Shown here: in pieces, positions 31,719-41,162 of the stretch | Numbering within the stretch: the stretch's first letter is position 1 | Layout: every line of letters begins with the position of its first letter | Origin: an uncultured Pelagibacteraceae bacterium | GTDB taxonomy: Bacteria > Pseudomonadota > Alphaproteobacteria > Pelagibacterales > Pelagibacteraceae | Assembly (NCBI GenBank): GCA_902555945.1 | Contig: CACDUS010000006.1 | Location: 9,505 to 73,504 of the forward strand | Reading direction: 5' to 3' | DNA: 64,000 nucleotides | Notes under the pieces: generated by a model | Told to the model about the DNA's origin: nothing | Database searches by the model: none | The model's input: only the letters and a program-made list of their open reading frames with translations | Program-made: the position numbers and the translations under genes

Positions 31719-32441
31719 TTAGAGGTTTTTACTTATCAAATAACACTCTTTATCGACTTTTCCATTAACCAGACTTTGTCTAAATTTTCTTTGAAAAGCT
31801 TTAACTAGATTAATTTCTTCCAATTTCTTGGCAATTTTGCCTGATTTTCGATAGCCAATTTTATGTAATTTTTGAAAAAATATTTTTACCTCATTATGCT
31901 TTAATTTATGATTTCTATATTTCTTAATCTTAGTCTCATTAAGATTATGCCAGACACTTAAATTTTTTTTTGCTAATTTTTTCCAAGGAAACTTTTCCCC
32001 AGGATCTTTTTTACGATTTGGAGAAATATCCGAATGCCCTAAAATATCTTGTTTTTTAATATTATATTTTTTCATTAAATTTTTTAATAATTTTATAGTT
32101 GAAGAAATTTGTTTTTTAGAGAAATACTTATATTGATAATCATGTCCTGGATTATTTATTTCAATACCTATTGAATGTTTATTTAATGACTTAAATTTCC
32201 TCCAGCTGGATTCTCCTGCGTGCCATGCCTCATATAAATCAGGCACTAAATTTAAAATTTTTCCTTCATTAGTAACAAAGTAATGTGAGCTCACTTTGGC
32301 TTTATAGTCTGACAATCTGTTAATTGCCTCTGACTGTTTTTTCATTCCTGTGTAATGTATCACTATAAATTTAATTAATTTTTTTGAACGTTTAGGCAAA
32401 CTAAAGTTAATCGAGTAATTTCTGGTCAAATTTAAGCCCAT
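31719..32441 (-). CDS. N-acetylmuramoyl-L-alanine amidase (Amidase_2, AmiD/AmpD-like)
   Basis: IVIHYTGM, VSSHY, AWHAG.S.W, SIGIEI, GHSDI.P.RK.DPG. Confidence 0.92.
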   Translation of the reverse strand: MGLNLTRNYSINFSLPKRSKKLIKFIVIHYTGMKKQSEAINRLSDYKAKVSSHYFVTNEGKILNLVPDLYEAWHAGESSWRKFKSLNKHSIGIEINNPGHDYQYKYFSKKQISSTIKLLKNLMKKYNIKKQDILGHSDISPNRKKDPGEKFPWKKLAKKNLSVWHNLNETKIKKYRNHKLKHNEVKIFFQKLHKIGYRKSGKIAKKLEEINLVKAFQRKFRQSLVNGKVDKECYLISKNL

Positions 32442-32505
32442 TTTTCAGCTCATTTATATTAAATAGTTAATTTACTTTAGTTTTTTATATAATATAAGGA
32501 CAACA

Positions 32506-33294
32506 ATGATAAAAAAATTTGTCATAATATTAATTACAACTCTGACGTTAGCTGTCAATGTTAACGCTGCTTCTGATGGTGAATTATTATTGAAAAAAAA
32601 TGAACCTTCAGAGGTAAAGGATTGTTTTGAAAAAATTAACAGGGCAACTTTTGCTTTTAATCAAGTTTTAGATGGAGTTATATTTAAGCCAGTAGCCAGT
32701 GCATATAGAATTTTACCTTCTCCTGTAAAAACTGGAGTAAGTAACTCATTAGATAATCTATCTAATCTAGTGACAATTCCTAATAATATTCTTCAAGGAG
32801 ATTTTAAGCAAGCTGGTTTGAATACAGGAAGATTTTTAATTAATACAACTGTAGGTGTTTTAGGTTTAATAGACGTAGCTCAACATCTTGGAATGTCTGA
32901 ATATGAGAAAGAGGATTATGGACAATCATTGGCTAAAGCTGGAGTAGGCCCTGGTTGTTATATAGTTTTACCTGTTTTAGGTCCAAGCACTGCACGAGAT
33001 ACAATTGCTTCAGTAGGAAATTTTGTGGGTGGTGATGCTTGGTACAATGTAACAGTTAAAAATGACACTCATTATTTCAGAGATATCGACTATTATTCAT
33101 CAAAAGTAACAGCAGGAATAGATTTTAGAGCAAAAAATTATGATTCAATTGATAATCTTGAAAAAAATTCAATAGACTTTTATGCTTCGGTCAAAAGTTT
33201 ATATTTGCAAGATAGACAACAGAAAATTTTAAACTCAAAAAAAGTTATAAGTACCCAAGATGATAGTGATTGGGAAGAAATAGATAATAAATAA
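32506..33294 (+). CDS. mlaA: VacJ/MlaA family protein
   Basis: EKINRATFAFN, RFLINTTVG..GLIDVA, EDYGQSL, PYL-equivalent CYIVLPVLGPSTARD. Confidence 0.9.
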   Translation: MIKKFVIILITTLTLAVNVNAASDGELLLKKNEPSEVKDCFEKINRATFAFNQVLDGVIFKPVASAYRILPSPVKTGVSNSLDNLSNLVTIPNNILQGDFKQAGLNTGRFLINTTVGVLGLIDVAQHLGMSEYEKEDYGQSLAKAGVGPGCYIVLPVLGPSTARDTIASVGNFVGGDAWYNVTVKNDTHYFRDIDYYSSKVTAGIDFRAKNYDSIDNLEKNSIDFYASVKSLYLQDRQQKILNSKKVISTQDDSDWEEIDNK

Positions 33295-33310
33295 ATAATC
33301 ATCTCCCATA

Positions 33311-33901
33311 ATGAAAATTAAATATATAGTTTTAATTTTTTTACTGAATCTAACTCTGTTAGTTAAAGCACACTCAACTGCGCCTGATATTTTTGTTCAA
33401 TCAACAGTCAACAGAGCATCAGATATTTTATCTAATAATTTATCTAAGGAAGAAAAAATTTCAGAACTAAAATTAATTGCAAAAGAAACCGTAGATATAC
33501 GAGGTATTGGTTTTTATACGCTCGGGTCTGCAAGAAATAGTTTGAATGAAGCACAAAAAAAAAAGTACGCAGAATTATTTGAAAAGTATTTTTTGAAAAG
33601 TTTTTCAAGTAGATTAGCTGAATACACAAACCCTGAAATAGATGTTATGGGCAAAAATGTTCTAAATGAAAACTACACGATTGTTAATAGTTTATTAAAA
33701 GCTACAAATGAAAGGCCTGAAATAAAAATTGATTGGAGAATTTATACCAAAGATCCAAATAATCCTTTAATTAGAGATTTAATAATTGAAGGCCTTAGTT
33801 TGGCAAGAACACAAAAAGAGGAATTTCAATCAATTTTGAATTCTAATGATGGAAATATTGAAATTTTATTTGAAACTTTAGAAAAATTTTCAAATGAATA
33901 A
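33311..33901 (+). CDS. mlaC: MlaC/Ttg2D phospholipid-binding periplasmic protein
   Basis: Signal peptide, IDWR, DLIIEGLSLARTQKEEF; follows mlaA. Confidence 0.85.
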   Translation: MKIKYIVLIFLLNLTLLVKAHSTAPDIFVQSTVNRASDILSNNLSKEEKISELKLIAKETVDIRGIGFYTLGSARNSLNEAQKKKYAELFEKYFLKSFSSRLAEYTNPEIDVMGKNVLNENYTIVNSLLKATNERPEIKIDWRIYTKDPNNPLIRDLIIEGLSLARTQKEEFQSILNSNDGNIEILFETLEKFSNE

Positions 33902-33908
33902 TTAAAAT

Positions 33909-33985
33909 TGGTGGGCCCGCCAGGACTCGAACCTGGGACCAATACATTATGAGTGTACTGCTCTAACCAACTGAGCTACAGGCCC
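33909..33985 (-). tRNA. tRNA-Ile2(CAT, lysidine type), CCA encoded
   Basis: GGGCCTG...GTACA-CTCATAA-TGTAT...CCAGG-TTCGAGT-CCTGG-CGGGCCC-ACCA. C4/C5 acceptor pairs and the CTCATAA loop fit Ile2 rather than Met (inference). Confidence 0.9.
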
Positions 33986-34088
33986 TATTGAATTTTCTGC
34001 TTTTATCGTGTTTTTAAATTCCATTCAAGTAAAGAAAAAAGTTTTATTATTTTAGTATTATTTTTTTGCATAAAATATGATTTACAAA

Positions 34089-34457
34089 CTATTCATCTTT
34101 AATTTTGTTCAAAATATCTTTAAGAGATTCTGCTCTTATTAATTTATTAATTTTTTTTTCAAGAATATTAATTTTTACAAGTGAAATATAATAAAGAATT
34201 AATAATGAAATTATTGAAATAACACTTAGAATATAAAATAAATCAATTTTATAATTATTGATAAAATAATCATCTATGGAAACTGGTCTCAGGGAAACAA
34301 AAATTATTAAAATCCAGATAACGATCCATAACAAATAACTTAATTTACTAAAATTTTTTTTTTTGTAGTTTATTTGTGTGATATAAATCATGATTAATGA
34401 AAAAACTATTGCGGTAATAGATAGTATAGTTTTTATAATCATTTGAATATTCTCCAA
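34089..34457 (-). CDS. DUF2304-like (GacJ/Rv3632-type) three-TM membrane protein
   Basis: Three hydrophobic segments, W...W.....LRP..ID, C-terminal KINILEKKINKLIR coiled coil; overlaps the upstream GT2 gene. Confidence 0.75.
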   Translation of the reverse strand: MENIQMIIKTILSITAIVFSLIMIYITQINYKKKNFSKLSYLLWIVIWILIIFVSLRPVSIDDYFINNYKIDLFYILSVISIISLLILYYISLVKINILEKKINKLIRAESLKDILNKIKDE

Positions 34458-35113
34458 TACAAAATCATTAGCATTAAGTACAATCCTTGAATTATGTTCA
34501 TTCCTTTATATTTTTCACTTGAAAAGGTTTCAATTGGAATTTGATCAATTTTACACTTATTTCTAACAGCATTACATGTTATCTCTGCATCTGCAAAGTA
34601 ATGGTTTATTCCTGTAGAGTACCAATAAATCATATTCTCTATTGAAATATCAAAAATTCTTAATCCTGATTGGATATCGTAAACTTTTTTTTGGTACAAA
34701 AAGAAAAAAAGTTTTTGAAGTATTATTGTCCCTAATCTTTTTTTCAAATTCAAATTTTTTAAATTCTCTCTATATCCAATAATTAATTGATGATTTTCCT
34801 CATGTATTTTTTTACAAATATTAATTAAATCACTTATTTTATGTTGTCCATCGGCATCCATAAATGCAAGAAATTTAAAATTTTTTATCTTAGCGAATTC
34901 TAAAGCTGTTTTCATAGACTCAGATTTTCCTAAATTATAACTATGTTTAACTAAAAATATTTTAAACTTATTTGCCTCTTCAAGAGTTTGATCCTCTGAA
35001 TTATTGTCAACAACTAAAACGTTGGCAAATTTTTTTGTAACCTCAGTTAATACATTGGAAATTTTTTTTTGCTCATTATAAGCAAGAATTGCTACAAGAG
35101 TATCGTTATACAT
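34439..35113 (-). CDS. GT2 glycosyltransferase, polyprenol-phosphate-sugar synthase (DPM/DPG-like)
   Basis: AYNE, VVDNNSED.T, NLGK, FMDADGQH, DIQSGLR. Confidence 0.88.
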   Translation of the reverse strand: MYNDTLVAILAYNEQKKISNVLTEVTKKFANVLVVDNNSEDQTLEEANKFKIFLVKHSYNLGKSESMKTALEFAKIKNFKFLAFMDADGQHKISDLINICKKIHEENHQLIIGYRENLKNLNLKKRLGTIILQKLFFFLYQKKVYDIQSGLRIFDISIENMIYWYSTGINHYFADAEITCNAVRNKCKIDQIPIETFSSEKYKGMNIIQGLYLMLMILYWRIFK

Positions 35114-35114
35114 T

Positions 35115-35786
35115 CTAATATTTTTTTTTTCTAAAAGTTGTTAATTGTTTCAAATTATCAATAGTAAACCATTTTTTTGGCGTTACATCAGAAACAATCA
35201 ATTTTTTCTTTAAAATTAATTTTTTCCATAAAATATTAAAATCTTCAGTTCTATTTACAATTCTATTAATTTTATATGGATTAATAATCTGTATACCTGA
35301 GCAATAAATATCACTCTTTTCTTCTCTAGATAATCTTAAAACAATATTTTTTTTTTTGTGAATATAATCACCTTCTAAATTTTTGATTGGTTTTACAGGT
35401 ACCAAAAAACATTCTGGATTTCCCTTTTTTCTATAATCTTTTTCTATCAAACTAAAATTAATATTCGTAATATTATCACATGTTAGAACAAAAACTGGTT
35501 CATTAAGTTGATTAAATGGAAAATTGAAAATCCACCAAGCATTACCTCTCTTATTAGTATTTATTACTGAATTTACTTTATTTTCAATGACATGTTTTGC
35601 TAACATACTTCCTTTATATCCTACAGTTATATGAATATTATTAATATATTTTTGAATTTTTTTTATTCCATTAAGAATTAAAGTTTGATTTTTTACCTTC
35701 ACCATTGCTTTTGGAATTCTTTTTGTTTTTGGCATCATTCTAATGCCCCTGCCTGCAGCTAAAATAATGGCATGATTTATCATCAA
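35115..35786 (-). CDS. Sugar-phosphate nucleotidyltransferase (NTP_transferase family)
   Basis: IILAAGRGIRM.P.T..IPKAMV, CDN, W.TID. Confidence 0.85.
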   Translation of the reverse strand: MMINHAIILAAGRGIRMMPKTKRIPKAMVKVKNQTLILNGIKKIQKYINNIHITVGYKGSMLAKHVIENKVNSVINTNKRGNAWWIFNFPFNQLNEPVFVLTCDNITNINFSLIEKDYRKKGNPECFLVPVKPIKNLEGDYIHKKKNIVLRLSREEKSDIYCSGIQIINPYKINRIVNRTEDFNILWKKLILKKKLIVSDVTPKKWFTIDNLKQLTTFRKKKY

Positions 35787-35789
35787 AGA

Positions 35790-36734
35790 TTAATTTAATC
35801 CTAACTTTAATAAATTATATATTTCATCTTTATTTAATTTTGGAGCGTTTTCAGATGAAACGATCTTATTTAATGGTTTTGATGATTTTTTTTCAAAATC
35901 AATTAAGTAAAATAGTTTTTTATTTTGATAAATTTTTTTTGTATAATTCAACTCATTTTCACCGATTAAATATTCATCTAATCTATCACCTTTTCTACCT
36001 TGAATAATTTTATAACTCCCACCATAATTTTGAATCCAAACTTTAATTATATCAATCAATTTACTAGCTTTCATATCTGCACATAAAATTTTACCACTAA
36101 ATTTTTTACCTTTATTCAATGCAAATAAAACTAGATCAACTGCATCATTAATTGTAAAAAAAAATCTTCTCATAAATGGTCCTGTTGTTAAAATTTTTTT
36201 ATTCTTATGAAACATTTGTTTCCATATTGGTAAAACTGAGCCTGTCGACCAAGCAACATTTCCATATCTTACACAGAGAAAATTAGTTTTTGAGTTTTGA
36301 TTAGCATTTAGAAATAGCTTTTCCATAGTTGCTTTACTAAAACCATAAAAATTTTTAATTGGCTGTGTGGCTTTATCTGTAGAAATCCCAATAACAGTTT
36401 TTACTCCTCTTTCGATTGCAACTCTAGCTATATTTGTCGATCCAAGAATATTTACATCTGAACACTCGAAAGGAAATTTTTCTGAAATATCTACAAACTT
36501 TGTTGCTGCTGCATGAATTATAGTATCTGGCTTACAATAGATAAGGGCGTCTCTTACAGACTCTATATTAGTTACATCTAAAGGTATAGACTCACATCCT
36601 GTCTCTAAGCTAGCATCATAATTTCTTTTTTGATTTCTTGATCCTATGTAGACATTATATTTTTTTTTTAAACTTAGCGCTAAATTAACTCCCAAAAATC
36701 CACTTCCACCAGTTATAAGTAAATTTTTTTTCAT
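35790..36734 (-). CDS. NDP-sugar 4,6-dehydratase/epimerase (PseB/FnlA/CapD-like)
   Basis: ITGGSGFLG, HAAATKFV, STDKA, YGFSK, VRYGNV..STGSV. Confidence 0.88.
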   Translation of the reverse strand: MKKNLLITGGSGFLGVNLALSLKKKYNVYIGSRNQKRNYDASLETGCESIPLDVTNIESVRDALIYCKPDTIIHAAATKFVDISEKFPFECSDVNILGSTNIARVAIERGVKTVIGISTDKATQPIKNFYGFSKATMEKLFLNANQNSKTNFLCVRYGNVAWSTGSVLPIWKQMFHKNKKILTTGPFMRRFFFTINDAVDLVLFALNKGKKFSGKILCADMKASKLIDIIKVWIQNYGGSYKIIQGRKGDRLDEYLIGENELNYTKKIYQNKKLFYLIDFEKKSSKPLNKIVSSENAPKLNKDEIYNLLKLGLN

Positions 36735-36827
36735 AAGAATAATTTTCTACAAAAATTAGCTTATATAATTTATTATATAATGAAAAATATTATTTAACTA
36801 ATTTCTGAGAAACTATTAACATAAATA

Positions 36828-36902
36828 TGGTGGGCCGTGTTGGTTACGCTCCAACTACCCCTGCAATGTCAATGCAGTACTCTACTATTGAGCTAACGGC
36901 CC
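36828..36902 (-). tRNA. tRNA-Val(GAC) with non-canonical D- and T-loops, CCA encoded
   Basis: GGGCCGT/ACGGCCC acceptor stem, CTGCA-TTGACAT-TGCAG anticodon arm, T arm GTTGG-AGCGTAA-CCAAC. Confidence 0.9.
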
Positions 36903-36906
36903 AAAA

Positions 36907-38733
36907 TTAACTTTCTAAAAAGCTTTTTAATTGTTTAGATCTGCTGGGATGTTTTAATTTTCGAAGTGCTTTTGCTTCAATTTGTCTAATTCTTTCTCTA
37001 GTAACTGAAAATTGTAATCCCACTTCCTCTAGTGTATGATCCGTATTCATACCTACACCAAATCTCATTCTAAGCACTCTTTCCTCTCTTGGGGTAAGTG
37101 TCGATAAAATCTTTGTAGTAGCTTCTCCCAAGTTTGATTTGATAGCCTGCTCTAAGGGTGCTAATGCTTTTGTATCTTCTATAAAATCACCCAAACTACT
37201 ATCTTCCTCATCACCCACGGGTTTTTCAAGTGAAACGGGTTCCTTTGAAATTTTTAAAACTTTTCTCACTTTGTCTAATGGCATTCTAAGTTTTTTAGCC
37301 AACTCTTCTGGGGTTGCTTCTCTTCCAAACTCACTCAAAATTAATCTTTGAGTTCTCACTATTTTATTTATTGTCTCAATCATATGCACTGGAATTCTAA
37401 TTGTTCTAGCTTGGTCTGCAATTGATCTAGTAATTGCTTGTCTTATCCACCAAGTTGCATAAGTAGAAAACTTATAACCTCTTCTATATTCAAATTTATC
37501 CACTGCTTTCATTAAGCCAATATTACCCTCTTGGATTAAGTCTAAAAATTGCAAGCCTCTATTAGTATATTTTTTAGCTATTGATATAACTAATCTTAAA
37601 TTAGCTTCTACCATTTCTTTCTTGGCTATCCTAGACTCTTTTTCTCCCTTTTGAACTCTGCTAACTAATTTTTTGAAATCTGTAACAGACATTCCAAGCT
37701 TGTGACTAATTTCAACCAATCTATCTCTTATATTTTTAAACTCTTCTTTATTTTTTGAAAAAAATTGTTTCCATGTAGCATTAGTATCCAAAAATTTTTT
37801 AAGATTAGGGTTAATTTCGTTTCCTATATAAAATTTAATAAACTCGTTTCTAGAAATATTTTGGTCAATTGCTAATCTTAATAAATTACCCTCAAGAGAA
37901 ATAATTTTTTTATTCTCAACATAATGTTTTTGAACCAAATCTTCTAGTACTGAAGGAGATAATTGAAGTGATTTAATATTTTCTAAGATATCATTTACAA
38001 TTTTTTCATAACCTTTTTCTTTCGCGGGAGAAAATATTTTAGTATTCAAAACGCAATCTAATTTTTCTTTCTGATATTTAATTAATTTATTATATTCTTT
38101 TGTAAGTGTATTTACTGTCTTTAAAACCTTTGGTTTAATCTCACTTTCCATTGCAGCAAGTGTGGGATTAAATTCTTCATCATCATTCTCATTTGAGCTA
38201 TCTTCTTTTTCAGTTTCTCCTGAATTTTTCTGTTTTGCACTAGGACCTGTTGTTTCATCTTCCATGTAATTTGTATCAATATCAATGATTTCCCTAACTA
38301 AAATTTCATCTTTTTGAAGTTTATCGTTCCATTCAAAAAATTGTTGTGCAGTAATTGGACTTTGTGATAAAGCAATAAGCATTACATCCTTTCCAGCCTC
38401 TATTCTTTTAGCAATAGCGATCTCACCCTCTCTAGATAGAAGTTCTACACCACCCATTTCCCTTAAATACATTCTTATTGGATCGTCACTTTTTTCAATT
38501 GTTTTTCCTTCTTCTTTGGAAGAACTTTCTTTTTTCCTTAAAACTTTGAAATCTGATTTTTTTTCTACTAATGTAATTTTTTCATCTAAGATATGAATAA
38601 AAGCTTGACTTAAATTATCGTCTGATAAATTTCTCTTACCTAAAGATTTGCTTAATTCTTCATAAGTTATAAACCCTCTATGAGTACCACGACCCATTAG
38701 TCTTGCGAACGATTTTGTAATTATTCTTTCCAC
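36907..38733 (-). CDS. rpoD: Primary sigma factor RpoD
   Basis: [69 protein letters not shown]; GTG start. Confidence 0.98.
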   Translation of the reverse strand: MERIITKSFARLMGRGTHRGFITYEELSKSLGKRNLSDDNLSQAFIHILDEKITLVEKKSDFKVLRKKESSSKEEGKTIEKSDDPIRMYLREMGGVELLSREGEIAIAKRIEAGKDVMLIALSQSPITAQQFFEWNDKLQKDEILVREIIDIDTNYMEDETTGPSAKQKNSGETEKEDSSNENDDEEFNPTLAAMESEIKPKVLKTVNTLTKEYNKLIKYQKEKLDCVLNTKIFSPAKEKGYEKIVNDILENIKSLQLSPSVLEDLVQKHYVENKKIISLEGNLLRLAIDQNISRNEFIKFYIGNEINPNLKKFLDTNATWKQFFSKNKEEFKNIRDRLVEISHKLGMSVTDFKKLVSRVQKGEKESRIAKKEMVEANLRLVISIAKKYTNRGLQFLDLIQEGNIGLMKAVDKFEYRRGYKFSTYATWWIRQAITRSIADQARTIRIPVHMIETINKIVRTQRLILSEFGREATPEELAKKLRMPLDKVRKVLKISKEPVSLEKPVGDEEDSSLGDFIEDTKALAPLEQAIKSNLGEATTKILSTLTPREERVLRMRFGVGMNTDHTLEEVGLQFSVTRERIRQIEAKALRKLKHPSRSKQLKSFLES

Positions 38734-38799
38734 AGCTAGTTATTAGAAGAGTCTTATATAATGTTAAATCTCCAAAAATCCATTATTAATTTTATCAGA

Positions 38800-40575
38800 T
38801 TAATTAATATTTTGCTTTTTTTTAAGCTCTTTTAGCTCATTAAATGTCGTCTCACTCAAATCTTTAGAAAACTTCGACTCGAGTTCCTGGATTCTGAACT
38901 CCAAATCATAATTATTTAGATCTCGGCCAATGTCATCTAACAGTTCAACTATTACATGCTCATCTTCTGACTTATTTTTTAGTATATGTTTTATTGGAGC
39001 AAACTTACTTATTTTATCTATCAACTGATTATCTATTTCCATTTGATCTATTGTTAGCTGTTCACTAGATTTAAGTTTATTTAAAATTTTTTCAAAAATT
39101 TGTTTATTCACCTCTGTAAATAATTTTATATTCTCAACCATGTGAATATTCTGCTGTATCAGGTCTAAATTATTTATGATTAAGTAAATTAATGAAAATT
39201 CCTTTAATTCTACTCCACTTAAAGATTTACTTTCATTAAAATGTTTTTTTGTTTTTTCAAGTGATTTGGTCTTTTTAAAACTGAAATTTTTTCTATTTTG
39301 ACTGGTATGAGGAGTTAATTCAGATATTTTTTCTAAAAAATATTCCAATACATATTTTTTAATAAAACTATCTTTTATAGAATTAGCTATAGATCTAAGT
39401 TTCTTATCAAAAATTGCCATTGAAGATGGATCGTTTTTAGTATTTTTTTCGTAGTGCTTAAATATAAATTGATGTATTGAAATTTTATTTTGTTTAGAAA
39501 AGTCCAAAAAATAATTTTTTCCATTTTTATTAACAAAACTATCTGGATCCTCTTTATCTGGTAAAAATAAAAATGAAATTTGTTTTTCAGGTTTTAAGTC
39601 TTTAATTGAATTTTCTGCAGCTCTTAAAGCAGCTTTATAACCACTTTCATCACCATCAAAACATATAATAATGTCATCAAAAAACTGGTTCAAAGTAAAT
39701 ATTTGCTTTTCTGTCAAAGATGTACCTAAATTAGCTACAGCATTTTCAATTCCATTTTTACTTAAACCAACTACATCCATGTAACCTTCAACCAAAAAAA
39801 TATTTTCTAATTTATTAGACAACTTTCTTGCTAAATCTAAATTATATAAATTAGATCCTTTTTTAAAAAAAGGAGTTTCAGGTGAATTAATATATTTTGC
39901 AAAAAAATCATTTTTTTCTATTATTCTTCCGCCTAATGCAATTGGTTGCCCAGAAATATTATTAATTGGAAAAATTAAACGGCCCTTAAATCTTTCAACA
40001 TAAATTTTATTTCTTTCATCAAAATAAAATAATCCAGTTTCTAATATATCTTCATTATTAAATTCCACTTTTAATTTTTCAAAAAAATTTGGATTTTTAT
40101 CAACATAACCTATTTTAAACTTTTTTACCTGATGTTTGTCTAAAGATCTTCCTTTCAAATAATCTCTTGCAATTAAACTTGAATCATTTTTTAAAAGTTG
40201 ATCGTGATAAAAATTCACATATTGACTATAAATTGACAAATAAATTTTCCATTTTTTTTCTCTCTCTTCATCTTGCTTTGAAAAAATATATGGTTGCATA
40301 CCCGCAAGATTTGCTAAGTATTTTACTGCCTCACCAAATCTTAGATTTTGAGTTTTCATAACAAAATCAAAAATATTTCCATGTTCAGATGTTGCAAAAC
40401 AATGATAAAATTCTTTTTCATCATTCACAGTAAAGGAAGGAGTTTTTTCATTTTTAAATGGTGAAAGTCCTACAAATTCTTTTCCTCTTTTTTTTAAAGT
40501 TACAAATTTTGAAACTACTGATGAAACTTTTAATCTTGTTTTAATTTCATCAAGATATTCTTTTGGATATTTCAT
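38800..40575 (-). CDS. dnaG: DNA primase
   Basis: SPFKNEKTPSF..., YHCF, KYINSPET, VEGYMDV, FDGDESG..AA, DPD. Confidence 0.97.
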   Translation of the reverse strand: MKYPKEYLDEIKTRLKVSSVVSKFVTLKKRGKEFVGLSPFKNEKTPSFTVNDEKEFYHCFATSEHGNIFDFVMKTQNLRFGEAVKYLANLAGMQPYIFSKQDEEREKKWKIYLSIYSQYVNFYHDQLLKNDSSLIARDYLKGRSLDKHQVKKFKIGYVDKNPNFFEKLKVEFNNEDILETGLFYFDERNKIYVERFKGRLIFPINNISGQPIALGGRIIEKNDFFAKYINSPETPFFKKGSNLYNLDLARKLSNKLENIFLVEGYMDVVGLSKNGIENAVANLGTSLTEKQIFTLNQFFDDIIICFDGDESGYKAALRAAENSIKDLKPEKQISFLFLPDKEDPDSFVNKNGKNYFLDFSKQNKISIHQFIFKHYEKNTKNDPSSMAIFDKKLRSIANSIKDSFIKKYVLEYFLEKISELTPHTSQNRKNFSFKKTKSLEKTKKHFNESKSLSGVELKEFSLIYLIINNLDLIQQNIHMVENIKLFTEVNKQIFEKILNKLKSSEQLTIDQMEIDNQLIDKISKFAPIKHILKNKSEDEHVIVELLDDIGRDLNNYDLEFRIQELESKFSKDLSETTFNELKELKKKQNIN

Positions 40576-41036
40576 TATTTATTCAACAACTCTTTTAATA
40601 AAGCGCCTGCCTTTGCAAAATCAATTTTATCAGCGTGCATTTTTTTTAACTCACTCATAACCTTGCCCATATCCTTAATTGAAGTAGCACCCAGTTTTGA
40701 AATAATTTCTCCACAAATTTTTTTTGTATCTTCATCATTAAGTTGTTTGGGTAGAAAACTTGATAAAATATCATATTCATTTTGCTCTACCTCTAAAAGG
40801 TCTAAACGATTATTTTTTTTATATATATCTATTGATTCGGCTCTTTGCTTAACCATTTTCTTAAATAATTTTTTAATATCTTCGTCATCAGTTTCCTTTT
40901 TGTTAGGTCCTGATCTATTTAAAATATCAAGATCCTTTATTGATGATAAAATTAACCTATAAGTTGAGATTTTAGATTTATCTTTAGATTTTAAAGCATT
41001 TTTATATTCAGTTTCGATTGTTTCTTTTAGTGACAT
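40575..41036 (-). CDS. GatB/YqeY domain protein
   Basis: KMVKQRAESI..Y, E..E..IL..FLPKQL, KDMGKVM. Confidence 0.92.
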   Translation of the reverse strand: MSLKETIETEYKNALKSKDKSKISTYRLILSSIKDLDILNRSGPNKKETDDEDIKKLFKKMVKQRAESIDIYKKNNRLDLLEVEQNEYDILSSFLPKQLNDEDTKKICGEIISKLGATSIKDMGKVMSELKKMHADKIDFAKAGALLKELLNK

Positions 41037-41162
41037 ATTTTTTTAATCTACTTTAAAGAAAAAATTCTTCAAAAGAAAAATTGTTTTTTTACAATTTTAT
41101 AATACATCTCTGTTGCGATAATAAACCATTTATTGTATTAACCTTTAACTTATGAGTTGTAA

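Larger units (their letters stand above)
33986..36827. other. Small accessory glycosylation cassette between tRNA-Ile2 and tRNA-Val
   Basis: Four co-oriented glycan genes filling the interval between two tRNA genes inside housekeeping context; no integrase visible. Confidence 0.7.

Noticed and set aside
35347-35357. 11-nt homopolymer in the cassette nucleotidyltransferase as a phase-variation switch
   Set aside because: Equal or longer tracts occur in murB and pgeF, so it is not distinguishable from background.
33909-36836. TGGTGGGCC direct repeat as a possible attL/attR pair
   Set aside because: Only 9 bp, explained by two intact tRNA 3' ends. There is no integrase, and excision would remove tRNA-Ile2.
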